A stretch of DNA of 63,640 nt, the filler included, from Globobulimina sp. (taxonomy: Eukaryota): assembly GCA_003354225.1 (NCBI GenBank). It is 52 parts of 52 records of this genome, joined end to end, with 100 filler letters (N's around TTAATTAATTAA, not from the genome) between each part and the next. Parts side by side here need not be neighbours in the genome. Positions count along the whole stretch, not along the records: positions 47,816 to 48,940 come from PIVH01022881.1; positions 49,041 to 50,165 come from PIVH01022882.1; positions 50,266 to 51,390 come from PIVH01022883.1; positions 51,491 to 52,615 come from PIVH01022884.1; positions 52,716 to 53,840 come from PIVH01022885.1; positions 53,941 to 55,065 come from PIVH01022886.1; positions 55,166 to 56,290 come from PIVH01022887.1; positions 56,391 to 57,515 come from PIVH01022888.1; 44 more parts are not named here. One strand, written 5' to 3'. A model generated the notes under the pieces. It was not told the origin of the DNA, did not search any database, and was given only the letters and a program-made list of their open reading frames with translations. Shown here piece after piece: positions 48,633-61,292 of the stretch. Each line of letters opens with the position of its first letter. The stretch's first letter is position 1. The translations under genes were made by a program, and so were the position numbers.

Positions 48633-48761
48633 AACGATCCTTTGTATACCGAAATTTCAATTATACATTTGCTATAACTTTGTGCTGGATTTACAAACCC
48701 AAGACAAAGTTAGAACAAACCCAGAACAAATCCAAGACGAAGCTATAGCAAACTTATCGTT
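48633..48761 (-). mobile_element. Short member of the AACGAT..ATCGTT TIR family (see 57246..57498)
   Basis: 48639-48753 is a diverged reverse complement of 57347-57462 and is bracketed by AACGAT/ATCGTT. Confidence 0.75.
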
Positions 48762-49040
48762 GAGCTTTTTTCAAAAATCTTGCGTAAATCTCTAACCCAA
48801 TATCATGCAGGAGATAATTGCTGAGGTATAACACGCACCGATGTATCGTTTATATCCTTTTTGTTCGACCCATGATAAAAATAAACAGGAATCAATGTCT
48901 ATTGACAGTGAGTCGTCACGTGACGAATCCGAAGATGAGCNNNNNNNNNNNNNNNNNNNNNNNNNNNNNNNNNNNNNNNNNNNNTTAATTAATTAANNNN
49001 NNNNNNNNNNNNNNNNNNNNNNNNNNNNNNNNNNNNNNNN

Positions 49041-50165
49041 TCTAAACATGTTAATTGCGATCATGACCACTTCCTTCGATCAGCTAAACGAAGACGCCAA
49101 GGCACAGTTAGCTTTTTTGCGGGTGGAGACCACCTACGATTTGGCGCATAGAGGCAGAATGATGCCGCCCCCTTTCAATATATTCGTGTTCATTGTGTGG
49201 CTCTTCATCACTTTGATCAACATTTTCATCAAATTGCTGAGCTGCGGCAGATGCAAACTAAAGTTGGATGGCATTAATCCGTATTACATCTCGTGTTTAC
49301 GGCGCGGGAACCAACACGGCGACTCCTCCATTATTCAGAAAGAAAGGAACGTGTCGCACAGTAACTATTCCTCTGCGCATGAAAAGAAAAGCGTTGCGCG
49401 CGAGATTGAGAGGTTAAACAGCTCCAATCTGACACGTGGCGACATTGCGGATATTGACGATGAAAATGCTGAGAACAAATCCAGATGGGATCAGTTGTTG
49501 GCGCTGTTTGAGAGAATCGACTCTTTGGCGGATGACACGAAGAAGAGATATTGCAAGCATTGTTATTGCCGAATGAAAGATATTAAGGAAGGCCGCGTCG
49601 ATGATTATTTTAAATGTTTCGAGCCTGGAAATTCAAATTTCAACAATTCGTCGTCGTTTGGCTTGGATGCGGACGACATGAGAATGATAAAAAGGCTCTT
49701 TCGATATTGTTCGTTGTGCCCACAATGTTTCCGGCCTTTCAGTGTGTGGAGCAGTGGCGGTTCGAGTGGCAGTGGCTCGGTTGAGGAGCATTTGGGCGAT
49801 TTGGGCTCGGATCGACACGACAGACATCACGTTTTAATGGAGGTGATCTCTTGTTATTTTTTTTTATTGTTGGTGTGGGTGCCATTATTAATTCTGTCTG
49901 TTTTGCCTGCGTTGTTTAGCAAGATATTCACAAATGTGTCGAAATCTGAACAAAGCGGATATGCTTCCAACAAACAATTAGATGCCGGCGCTTTTGGTGA
50001 TTATCACCGTGGCGTTCAACAGCAAATTGTTAAAAACATTGTAGACAAACAATATAATGGAAGGAAGGCATTTGATGAGGATTTCGACTCTGATGACGAA
50101 AATATGATGAATGAGAATGAAAATGACAAATTGCAAAGGATAATTTATGAGGTAATTCAAAAAAT
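49041..50165 (+). CDS. TRP-type cation channel, S6 and C-terminal region
   Basis: LNMLIAIMTTSF (S6), TRP-box-like helix, MPPPFNI. Confidence 0.85.
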
Positions 50166-50267
50166 NNNNNNNNNNNNNNNNNNNNNNNNNNNNNNNNNNN
50201 NNNNNNNNNTTAATTAATTAANNNNNNNNNNNNNNNNNNNNNNNNNNNNNNNNNNNNNNNNNNNNGA

Positions 50268-51155
50268 GTAGCTGAATATATTGAGAAAGAGAATATCGAC
50301 GTTTGGCACCAAAATGATGATAAAGTGATTCAACTCGGAAATGATTATATATTTTTAGCAATTGGCGCAACCGAGTATCGGTATTTCGATGAGACAACTG
50401 GAGAATTTCCTCAAGATATTACCTCTGCACAACTTTTGCTTTATTTGTATGTTGCTTTCAGTAAGAAATGGGGTATAACGGATTATAATAAGGGTCAGAA
50501 ACGATTTAAGAATTTTAATAGGTATACTTATTGTTTTAAGAACTCGGCTCAAAAGCTATATTCAGAGCTGACAGGAATCACAATGACACAATTGGAGAAT
50601 CATGCTCAAAGTATAAGAAAAATTGTCGATGACAATTGGTCACCACTGTACAAATCAGAAATTCGAAATTTAGAAGAGCTTTTTTTCGACAGGTTTGTCA
50701 CAAAAAATGAGGTTAACATGGGCGCAGCAAATTTATATTATAGTATTGAGGGTAACGGAACAAGTGGCCTTGGACCACATGCAGAATATAAGAAATTCGA
50801 CAATAAGATTTATTCTTATCTTTATGGAGAAGATTGTTATTTAACGATCTCTATGAAACGGTTTGCCAAAGGCCTTTTCCCAGTCAGGACTCGCAATGGA
50901 GCTATGGTTGAATATGACATGGAAGGTCTATGTATGAAATATGTCAAGCATGAAATAAGTAGTTTTCATTTGGAGTGGAATGAGTATCATTGGCGTGTAT
51001 CTAAATTATTAAGACGTGTCAGAGAAGAAAATATATTAGAATTGGGTGACGGCAAATATCATAATGAGATAACAGAAGAAATTGGAAATTGTACCAGAAA
51101 CGAACAGATACCACACGCTGATGTCTGTAAATGTGTCCATGTACAACTTATTTAG
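50268..51155 (+). CDS. AlkB-like 2-oxoglutarate/Fe(II) dioxygenase, 5' partial
   Basis: ANLY, GLGPHAE (HxE), VKHEI (distal His), WRVSKLLRRV (RxxxxxR). Confidence 0.72.
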   Translation, partial: VAEYIEKENIDVWHQNDDKVIQLGNDYIFLAIGATEYRYFDETTGEFPQDITSAQLLLYLYVAFSKKWGITDYNKGQKRFKNFNRYTYCFKNSAQKLYSELTGITMTQLENHAQSIRKIVDDNWSPLYKSEIRNLEELFFDRFVTKNEVNMGAANLYYSIEGNGTSGLGPHAEYKKFDNKIYSYLYGEDCYLTISMKRFAKGLFPVRTRNGAMVEYDMEGLCMKYVKHEISSFHLEWNEYHWRVSKLLRRVREENILELGDGKYHNEITEEIGNCTRNEQIPHADVCKCVHVQLI

Positions 51156-51894
51156 TATTCTTGTGAAATGCGTGTTTTGAGGATAGTATTTTCCTTTAAT
51201 TCAATTCTTCTAAAAACTTTTGCTTTTCATCAACAAACAAAAAACTTTTCTCTCACTCTTTTTTTAACTCAATTTAGCAACTCCGTCCAACAGAAACTCG
51301 CTCCTTTTTTTCACATTCATTCGTTGAAATCAATTGAAGAGAATGGCTATGCAAATTTTTGTCAAGACGTTAACAGGAAAGACCATTACANNNNNNNNNN
51401 NNNNNNNNNNNNNNNNNNNNNNNNNNNNNNNNNNTTAATTAATTAANNNNNNNNNNNNNNNNNNNNNNNNNNNNNNNNNNNNNNNNNNNNACGATATTTT
51501 ACTTGAAAAGCAGTCAATTCTTTCAAAGGAAATTATGTTCATCATTCCTGCATCCCTCCAATTTCAACCACATCGTTACATGCAGGGAATGCATGATATA
51601 AGAATATGTTGTCAACAACTTTATGAAATAGATTTTTTTTGTTGTCGGAGTTTTTGTAAATATTTTATGCATGTCCTGACATTGTCTGCACGCAATATTC
51701 AAACAAGATAGTATGCAGACAGTCATGTCAGCATTTAGAACGTTTTCGTATCAGACTTATATGAATGATTAAGGTTGACTAAAGAGTGGTCGCCACACAC
51801 CACACCTCTTAGCTATCTAATCTAATTTAATTTAAATTGATATTTGTTTACTAATTCGCTTTCAAAATTAAACATTGTTTTATCGGCTTCATCG

Positions 51895-52529
51895 ATGGAC
51901 ATTTTTCGTTATGGAATATACTTCGTGGAAGGTGTCATTCTGCTAACCTTCAATTCTGTACTATTTTTGTCCATTCTCTGGCATAGTGCATTGTTCGATG
52001 CTAAAGAATACATTCTCATAGCATCATTAGCTTTTGTCGATAGTTGTAATGGGTTGGCTGCCATAAGTGCAGCTGTCTATCGGATACCGTTGATTCTTGC
52101 TGATGCCCAGAATGTCCTGGTTAGCAGGCGATACTGTTTCTTGACAGTGCATAATGTGTTGTGGACCTTCGTTTTCTCGATGCAAGGTAAGTGTCGAAAT
52201 CAAATTCTGCAACAATTTATTATTTTTTAGGTTTGACTTTGAGTATCATAACGTTCGATCGACTACTTTCAGTTTCAATCCCTGTCAGATATCTATACTT
52301 TGGCCGCAGATACGCTTTAGGATTGGTAGGTGGGGCATATAGTTTCGGACTGTTGAGTGTCATAGTAGGAGGGGCAACTGTCGCCAGTGAAACAAACCAA
52401 ACCCAGAGATCGATTTGTCTAACGGGTTGGGCTTTGAAACCATCTTACTATGATCTCATTTATGTCCAACAAATAGCTGGCACCTTTCTCAGTATTATAC
52501 AACCAGACAAGCTTTATGAATCCTTCTGA
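51895..52529 (+). CDS. Serpentine chemoreceptor-like GPCR (nematode srsx-like), intron 52187..52230, incomplete
   Basis: KEYILIASLAFVD, ITFDRLLSVSIPVRY; 44-nt GTAAGT..TTTTAG intron. Confidence 0.75.
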
Positions 52530-53598
52530 TACATTAACGAAATTCAATCCCAATTAGTGGAGTGGTGTATTGCATAAATCCCTAATTAAAGGTTCCCCCA
52601 AGCAATGCCCGAGGTNNNNNNNNNNNNNNNNNNNNNNNNNNNNNNNNNNNNNNNNNNNNTTAATTAATTAANNNNNNNNNNNNNNNNNNNNNNNNNNNNN
52701 NNNNNNNNNNNNNNNTACTAATCGATGCTATGCCGGCAAATTACGCCCATTACGCCAGATAATCGTTTCTCGCTTTATCCATTACTTAATTACTTCATTT
52801 ATTGATTCTAACCATATTATGCCCTTGTGCTCTCCTCTTGAGCACTTTTCACTGGTAATAAAACATGTTCAAAAACCGTTAGTCTGCATTAAAACAATTA
52901 CTTGACTGGTAGACCATATGAAGTGATTGCAACATCGTTCATCATTTCAGAATTAGGCATACCGCCTCTAGCTTAACTGTAGCTTAACTTAAATTAATTT
53001 GAAATTTATGACAGGAAAAAAATCTGGAGATAAGAAGTGTTAGTGCACTCTTCTTTTTTGTGTATAGGTTTTATACTAAAGATAAAATTTAAACAACAAC
53101 AACAACATAGCCTGTCAAAGGCAAAAGATAGAAGAGAAGAGAATATTACTTTTTACACATTTAGATAGATTTTACAGATTAGAAAGAACTTTCTATGAAC
53201 AATGAAACTAAATAGGAACTAACCTTTCAATTGAATTTTAACATGGAACTAGGAGAGGGGCTAAGCACACAAACAACAAACAAGCCTACATATCTGCAGC
53301 TGTAAACGGAACAGAACAGAATACGCACAAAGGCTAAATGTTCATTTTGGCGCAACTGAGTTTTTATGATACGTGTCGCCTCGCCTTAAGATAGAGTATA
53401 AATAGATAGAGAAGAGAATATACGTACCGTTAGGCGTCTGCTGACTGCTGACTGCGGCTGTCTTTTCACCTTTTTGTTGTTGTGACTTGTGTATTGTCTA
53501 ATCCATCGTCGCAAAAAACATTTACCATAAGATAATGTACCGCGATATTATAGCGGAAGCGTTCTTCGAAGTCGGACTGGATCCTGGCATTGATCAAT

Positions 53599-53697
53599 CT
53601 GGGATACCGCTCACCTGGGACACCGCCCATGTGGGAACCGCTCAAGTGGGAACCGCTCATCTGGGAACCGCTCAACTGGGACCAAATCTGGAAACGG
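53599..53697. repeat. ~15-bp minisatellite TGGGAACCGCTCA-NN, about 6 units
   Basis: Directly visible. Confidence 0.9.
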
Positions 53698-53948
53698 TAT
53701 GTATGTAATAGTAATTGTTTTATTAATTAGGCCAGTTCACACTGCACTCTACCATGAAGATACATAATGAAGATACATAATGTTCCCACTAAATGATCCG
53801 TTTTTTGTAGGGTTTTGGAGAAGGACATTTTGTTAAAAAANNNNNNNNNNNNNNNNNNNNNNNNNNNNNNNNNNNNNNNNNNNNTTAATTAATTAANNNN
53901 NNNNNNNNNNNNNNNNNNNNNNNNNNNNNNNNNNNNNNNNTGGCCAGT

Positions 53949-54371
53949 TTGACGAAAAAAGGGGCGGGGGACAGGCGTCCACCAGAAGACAAAATATTAA
54001 GTGGTGATGACGAATTGCAACCATTGACATCCTCAGATGACGAGGATAATGACACAGAATCGCAGCAGCCGCGACCAAGCAATAACCGCAGAGCATACAA
54101 ACGCTTTTCACAAAGGGAGAGGTGGCGAAGAATTGCCATGAATGACTTGGAAAATATACCTTTGGGGTTGATCATTATTTGGGTGAATATTATATGCGAT
54201 TCCAACGCATATGTTACCTCAATCTGTGCTGTGCTATTTACGCTATCACGCATATCATATACTATATTTTATGTGTATTCATTACAGCCATTCAGGTCCA
54301 TTGCATATACTATCGGTGCCTTGTCGATATTTGCTGTTTCAATTAATCTTATTATTGGATCATTGAATTGA
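53949..54371 (+). CDS. MAPEG family protein (microsomal GST/PGE synthase-like), 5' partial
   Basis: ERWRRIAMNDLENIP, FTLSRISYTIFY...QPFRS. Confidence 0.9.
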   Translation: MTKKGAGDRRPPEDKILSGDDELQPLTSSDDEDNDTESQQPRPSNNRRAYKRFSQRERWRRIAMNDLENIPLGLIIIWVNIICDSNAYVTSICAVLFTLSRISYTIFYVYSLQPFRSIAYTIGALSIFAVSINLIIGSLN

Positions 54372-55165
54372 ATGTCTATCATTGTTAGTTGTTTATTGTA
54401 GTAATATTCAATGATTAATTTCAATTCAATTTAACATTTTTTGTTCCAAAGTGCAAGGATATGGTGATACAGAAACTTTTTTTCGCTCTTCAGTTCAGTT
54501 CCAGTGATATGGATTTGTTGATATTTGAAGATGTTTTTTTTGAAGCTAGTAAACTAGCCATTATATAATCGCAACTGTGTCAATCAACTATGTCGTTCAA
54601 ACCGCCTCAACCAACGCCACTATCCGTGTTATTAAGCTTATACCAAAAACCACATCAACCGCCGTTAGTAATAGCTAAAATAAATGAAATCGCTATAAAG
54701 ACACAATTACAATATCTCGATCCTGACAAATGTAATTCAGCAAACAGCAGAAAGTTCTCATTTCTACACCTTTTTGCCACGTACAGAACAGTAACATGTT
54801 ATTTGTAATTCTAAACAGTGAGATAGTGCGCCAATTTAATAACAATGATTTACGCAATAATGCATATAAAAGAATACGTTTTAAATCGATGTTATGCGAA
54901 TACCACAAACATTGGTATCAAATCAAAGAGAGTCACTTCAAAATGATTGTGAATTGGATTCTCTCGAACAATGGCACGTTCCCTGACATCATTTATTGGG
55001 TATCACCCATCACCAAAAGTGGACGCAGAAAGATTTCACAAGAAAAGTTCCAAAAATGTCCCAGANNNNNNNNNNNNNNNNNNNNNNNNNNNNNNNNNNN
55101 NNNNNNNNNTTAATTAATTAANNNNNNNNNNNNNNNNNNNNNNNNNNNNNNNNNNNNNNNNNNNN

Positions 55166-56290
55166 TTGTGGTTCGGATTAAACCAGAAAGCGCTGCTTCA
55201 AATAGCAAGGTAAGCGTTGGTAGCCTTGTTATTAAATTCCAGGATGAAACCGTAGAAAACGTGGGAGCCGCACAAATATATAAAATGCTCTCGGCAAAGT
55301 ATTCCGATGTGGTACCATTCACTATAACATTTCGAAAATCTGACCAGCAAAACACATTAAACAAACAGAAACACTCTGAAAACAAAATAAAAATAGCAAA
55401 AACTGTAAAAACTGCATCTAAACCACAACGCGAACGCTTCCAACCTGACGTGTATTCATTTGTGTTTATATCAAAGCCATTTGGATTGCTTTTTGGGAAA
55501 ACAAAAGACAAAAAGAATTTATTCGTTTCTGGCATCGATGCGGACAGCAAAGCTGCAAAGAGCAATATAACGGTCGGTAGCATTGTTATGAAATTCCAGG
55601 ATGAAATTGTTGAAAACTTGGGTGCCAAACACGCGTATAAAGTATTTACAGGCCGGTACACATATGAGTTGCCATTGAAAATTACATTTCGCAAATCCGA
55701 CCAACACAAGACTTTGGGGCAAGACATAGAAGGATTTGATGATTATAAGGAAGAGGGAAATGAGCAAATGTACGGAGATGATGTGTATTCTTTCACTTTC
55801 GAATCAAAGCCATTTGGTTTGACGTTTGGAAAAACGAAAGATAAAAAGAATTTGTTTGTGGCAGCAGTGGAGGCGGAAAGTATTGCGGATAGAAATGTGA
55901 TTGTTGGGAGTGTGGTGGTTCGATTTGAACATGAAATGGTGGAGAATTTAGGCGCAAAAGATGCGTATAAGGCGTTTACGAGGTATTTGGATAAGTTGCC
56001 GTTGCGAATTATGTTTCGGAGAGCTGCTGAACATGTGACGTTAGGCAATGATTTTGAAGGGGATACGGATGATAATGTTGCGGAGGAAAGAAAACCTGCA
56101 GTGATGCATGATAATTATGATGAGGAACATTATGAATATTATGAAGATGATGCGGAGGAGAATAATGAGGAAAGTAATAAAGACAAACCAGAGCATGAAG
56201 ATGAGCAATGTGAGGAGGAAAATAAGGGAAATGCTGAAAATGCTGAAAATGAGAAGGAAGAAATTGAAATAAATGATAATTACGAAAAAG
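55166..56290 (+). CDS. Protein with three tandem PDZ-like repeats and acidic tail, partial
   Basis: F.SKPFGL.F...V..I...S.A...VGS.V..F..E.VE...LP..I.FR repeated. Confidence 0.8.
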
Positions 56291-56390
56291 NNNNNNNNNN
56301 NNNNNNNNNNNNNNNNNNNNNNNNNNNNNNNNNNTTAATTAATTAANNNNNNNNNNNNNNNNNNNNNNNNNNNNNNNNNNNNNNNNNNNN

Positions 56391-57160
56391 CACACCAACA
56401 GTTTATTCCATTGTTGGATGATGACCCATCAGAAATTAATTATAATTATTCATATCCGGACATCAAGGAAACTCTCTCAGGCTTTGGGTTGACAGTCATT
56501 ATTCTTGTAACATGGTATGGATTATTCATATTTGATGCAATATTGTTGTATTACATAGATCCACAATTTAATTGGAATAAATGTGGTAAGCATATTTTCT
56601 TAATGATTAGAATGAGTCATTTTTGTTTTGCCATAACATTTATTGGCCATGATTTGATTAAATTATTTGTTGGCTCTCCAAGGCCATACTTTCTGAGTGT
56701 TTATAATGATGATGAAATTGAAAAACATGAGTTGAATTATGCCAGAAAAGCATTTATTTCTGGACACTCTGCATTGTCAATGAGTATGTTGAGTTTGTTG
56801 ACAATGATGTTTTATGAGTCGTGTACATATATGCAAAGGCAACATGGATATGGATTGTATGTCATGTCTGATGCCATGACAACAAGTAATCCGCATTCAT
56901 ATTATTTGTGTGGTCTTTGGTACGTGTTAAAAAATAATCCTTTACCATTAATGGGTATTATGTTCATTCCTATATACATTGCAGTATACATTGGTTTAAG
57001 CAGAATTATCGATTATAAACATTTTAAAGAAGATGTTATTGCAGGATTTTTATTTGGGTTTACTTGTGCATTGATCAGTTATTTGGTATACTGGAATGAG
57101 ACATATGCTGTGTTTAACTATAGCTTGACACAAAAGAGGGATACAGCCATGACAAAGTGA
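56391..57160 (+). CDS. PAP2 lipid phosphate phosphatase, 5' partial
   Basis: C1 KLFVGSPRP, C2 ISGH, C3 SRIIDYKHFKED. Confidence 0.9.
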
Positions 57161-57245
57161 ATAAATTATCATGTAACGTACATATATATGTCACTTGCGC
57201 TTTTTTGTGGACATTTTCATTAGTTTTCAATACCAGATCGAATGC

Positions 57246-57498
57246 ATTTAACGATATATTCCAAAAGATAACCCCCCGCCCCCCTGGTCGATAAGTTGTA
57301 TACATTTTATTCAATTATCTGAGAAACGCTTTGCAAATCCAGAAACGGTTTGCTATAGATTTGTCTTGAGTTTGTTCTGCGTTTGTTATAACTTTATCTT
57401 GGGTTTGCAAATCCAGAACAAAGTCAGAACAAATTTATAATTGAATTTTCGGTATACAAAGGGGGAGGGGGGTTATCTTTTGGAATATATCGTTAAAT
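57246..57498. mobile_element. ~250-bp MITE with perfect 32-bp terminal inverted repeats
   Basis: ATTTAACGATATATTCCAAAAGATAACCCCCC (57246-57277) and its reverse complement at 57467-57498; 22 bp of the TIR recurs at 44235-44256. Confidence 0.88.
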
Positions 57499-57632
57499 TA
57501 CTGTATTGTAAAATGNNNNNNNNNNNNNNNNNNNNNNNNNNNNNNNNNNNNNNNNNNNNTTAATTAATTAANNNNNNNNNNNNNNNNNNNNNNNNNNNNN
57601 NNNNNNNNNNNNNNNAAAATATTTATATCGTT

Positions 57633-58709
57633 TTAATGTAATACCATTTCCATCTTTGATGGCGAGTTATTTATATCTGCAGCAGCTGAATGGCAACACT
57701 TTGTACATAGCACACAATATCGTTTATAATATATATCATAATCTACAGTGGATAATATTAAACAGATTACATTCAAAGTCGTATCAATACCACCGAGACT
57801 TTGAAGTGGCACTACAAAAAATATAAATGCCATAATCATTGTACATAATATTGCGACCAATGATAAAATTGTAAATTTATTTGCGATATATTGCAATTTT
57901 TGTGTGTCTTTATTGATATCAATTTCAGCATCACTCATTTTTATTACTTTTCGTAATCTCGACACAAATAAATATAAACACAGCCATGCAAATATTGCGT
58001 CAAATATAACAAATGCCGCAGAACCAATTAATATATCCAATGGTTTGACACATCCCATTATTTCAACATAAATAAAAGCAAAGAATGACGAAAATGTAAA
58101 TGCAAAAAAAGCTAATATGGATAATAATTTTACTGTTTTTTTGCTCATTTCTAAAAATGTTGCATTAAATGACACATCTATTCGCCATAAAAAATATAAA
58201 TATAAAAATAAACGATTCATTGCGTTTGGTACCACTGCGAATACAACCAATGGACAAAAATTTTTGAGTATATTCATTGTTAAAATATCAGTTGCAAACA
58301 ATGTAGATGTTAATACAAAAAAATATGAAAATACGAGTGCAGATAGTATTGATATTGTCATATACAAACGTCCTAAAAACGGAATTGTGTGGCTTCTTTT
58401 CCTTGCAATTTCCATCATGGTCGGTTCGATTTTATCATTAATACTATCAATATTATCAATATCATCAATGGCCGATTCACTTGATTGTGCATTTGGGGTA
58501 GCTATATTGTCAATATTTGGTATATGATTACAATAACTATATCGCATCCAAATGATGGTTAATAATGAATTACAAATTGCACACATGCTCGAAATTGACA
58601 AGTCAGAGATAAACAACCAATCATCACTATCTCCATAATGTATACGCTGGAATTGAGAGTGCTCCTTTTGAAAAAGCAATTTCATTAAGACCTCTTTATA
58701 TACAAGCAA
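57633..58709 (-). CDS. Orphan 7TM (GPCR-like) protein
   Basis: Seven hydrophobic segments; same style as 11164..12084. Confidence 0.72.
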   Translation of the reverse strand: MLVYKEVLMKLLFQKEHSQFQRIHYGDSDDWLFISDLSISSMCAICNSLLTIIWMRYSYCNHIPNIDNIATPNAQSSESAIDDIDNIDSINDKIEPTMMEIARKRSHTIPFLGRLYMTISILSALVFSYFFVLTSTLFATDILTMNILKNFCPLVVFAVVPNAMNRLFLYLYFLWRIDVSFNATFLEMSKKTVKLLSILAFFAFTFSSFFAFIYVEIMGCVKPLDILIGSAAFVIFDAIFAWLCLYLFVSRLRKVIKMSDAEIDINKDTQKLQYIANKFTILSLVAILCTMIMAFIFFVVPLQSLGGIDTTLNVICLILSTVDYDIYYKRYCVLCTKCCHSAAADINNSPSKMEMVLH

Positions 58710-58840
58710 GTTTGTATAACTATCAAATTAAACAGTATCANNNNNNNNNNNNNNNNNNNNNNNNNNNNNNNNNNNNNNNNNNNNTTAATTAATTAANNNN
58801 NNNNNNNNNNNNNNNNNNNNNNNNNNNNNNNNNNNNNNNN

Positions 58841-59558
58841 TTTGCTGCGACAAGTTAGTTTCTTTGGAATCAATTTCCACAATTGTAATATGAGAGCAAT
58901 TCGCCAGAGCTGGCAGTAGATTTTTCCATACTGACAAAATATCAGTAATTGACAGAGTGAATGCTTGCAAGTTATGACAGTCAAACAAAAAGGGATAAAA
59001 AGAGGGACTCAATGATTCCATGTAGCTATTGTCATTCCAGTCTCCACATTCAATGTTGACCACTTGGTCTAAACCACAACCCATAAGAGTGCTTATAACA
59101 GGACTGTAATCAAATGAACTGCTCATCAATTGAATGTCCTGTAAGTTGACAAACTCTTTGTGTTTGGTGACTGCGTGACATAAAGACAAGAGAACCTCCA
59201 ATGGGATTTCGGGCATGTCATACAGGACAAACCTTTGAACTGTCATACGATCGAGCAGTTTTGACAAGGCAGCATGGGCACTTTGAAAACTGAATGAATA
59301 ACCATTAATAGTGACATTTCGTCTGTCTTTTCCAATTTCCAGTTTATTGTCACCCTTCCATGAAAATCGTTCTTTTATTAGTGATTGTAACTTTTTACAT
59401 ACAAGTTCTATGCTCATTTTCCCTTTTTCACCATCTTTTGACATTGTTCTGAATATGAGGTATATCGTGTCATTTGAAGAATCAAGGAATGGGGAGGTGC
59501 CATCTTTAGGAGGTAAACATGGATCCATTTGATCAATTGAAAGTTGTTTAGCTGGCAT
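58841..59558 (-). CDS. Hypothetical protein, possibly LRR-like, 3' partial
   Basis: Open frame; NLQDIQL, NLQAFTLSI. Confidence 0.5.
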
Positions 59559-60065
59559 CTTATCTAAATATTATAAAGAGAAATATTTTTGTGATGATTA
59601 TGTTAAGTTGACGCAACAATGTTTTTATATAGTTATTACAATTTTGAAAATATAGTACAAATTAGGATTACAATTTATATTCCTTTGTCAAAATGTGTTC
59701 ACCTGGTTTACCTTTGCCTTCATCATTTCTAAACTGGACTGATAACAATGCTTAGTGTGTAAAAAATGATTACTTCCCGGGTAGTCTTAGTAACGGTAAC
59801 TTGACGCAATGGTGATAACTTATAGGGTGTAAATTGTGGAAAGAAGAATACGTGCAAAGGACGTACAGGTTGGTTTGATACCAGATTAACGATTACAAAG
59901 AACGCGCCGTAGTCGTTTTAGTAAAGATGACGCAACCGATGCTTTTAGTAGTACTTGACAGCTTGNNNNNNNNNNNNNNNNNNNNNNNNNNNNNNNNNNN
60001 NNNNNNNNNTTAATTAATTAANNNNNNNNNNNNNNNNNNNNNNNNNNNNNNNNNNNNNNNNNNNN

Positions 60066-60965
60066 CAGAGCGACAATTATGGATTGAACAGACCTTTGAG
60101 CAAATTGAATATTATCATTTCGATGGTGTTACCTTTGATTTTGAGTCGGCAATGTTATGGGACAGTGCCGCAGCACAACAATACAATGCTTTGGTGAGCG
60201 AAACAACAGAATATTTCCATACTAATATGCCAGGCTCGCAAGTGAGTGTTTGTGTGGCATGGCAGAGCTACTTAGTTGATGGCCGACAATATGATTATTA
60301 TAATTTGTCGCAAGGCTCCGATCTATTATATATTATGGATTATGACACTCAATCTCAAAACAGCCAACATCAATGTCTTGCTGCTGCAAATGCCCCCTTT
60401 CAAGGTCAACGGTGCTACATTCAGTGCATTGCATGAATGCATGTTTTACAATATAAAAATTAAAAAAAAAACAGGCACTCAAAGAGGCGTTGAGTCCTAT
60501 TTAAATTTGGGAATAGCAGCAAATAAACTGATTGTTGGGGTGCCATGGTATGGATATAACTATACCTGCGATATGACACAGATGGAGTCTCTGACGAGTA
60601 AGTATTGTCCGCTTCCATTTATTCCATTTCGAGGTGTGAACTGTTCGGATGCAGCTGGCAATGAGAAGACATTTGCTGTGTTGAATGATTTAATTGATCA
60701 GGAATTGAATATTACCGCAGTTAGATGGGATACATCAATGAGTGCTCCATATTTTAATTATGTGAGGAAGGAGAATCCGGCTCAAGTATATCAAGTGTGG
60801 TTTGATAATGTGGCAAGTTTGACAAATAAATATAAGTATGCAAAGGAGATGAATATCCGAGGAGTGGGCCCGTTTACATTCAATCAGTTGTATCAAACAT
60901 TTAGTGACAGTGAAATGCAACGAGCGCAACAAATGTGGAGCGCTCTCGATGCTTTTTTTTTGTAA
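60066..60965 (+). CDS. CTBS: GH18 di-N-acetylchitobiase, 5' partial, intron 60405..60474
   Basis: FDGVTFDFE catalytic motif, IMDYDTQS, KLIVGVPWYGYNY, CSDAAG, QVWFDN..SL..KY. Confidence 0.92.
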
Positions 60966-61011
60966 ATCTTAATAATTTTGCAGTTTTTGATTATTCACCA
61001 AGAAATCAACA

Positions 61012-61190
61012 ATGGATGTAACTCAGGAAGACTACAAACAGAAAGATAAAGAAAAGCAATTTGATGAGGATGTGCCGGTTTGTATTTGCGGCAAGCCATA
61101 CATTGTATTATTAGTCTCTCAATGTTATGATGGATCTGGTGTAGGATGCGACGAATGTGGCAAAAATGTACCATCCACATCAAAAGTGTA
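61012..61190 (+). CDS. Zinc-finger protein N-terminus
   Basis: CICG...CYDG..VGCDECG. Confidence 0.55.
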
Positions 61191-61292
61191 NNNNNNNNNN
61201 NNNNNNNNNNNNNNNNNNNNNNNNNNNNNNNNNNTTAATTAATTAANNNNNNNNNNNNNNNNNNNNNNNNNNNNNNNNNNNNNNNNNNNNTT

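Noticed and set aside
53599..53697. Possible CRISPR array and ORF 53466..53675
   Set aside because: 15-bp units with no unique spacers; the ORF is a by-product of the minisatellite.
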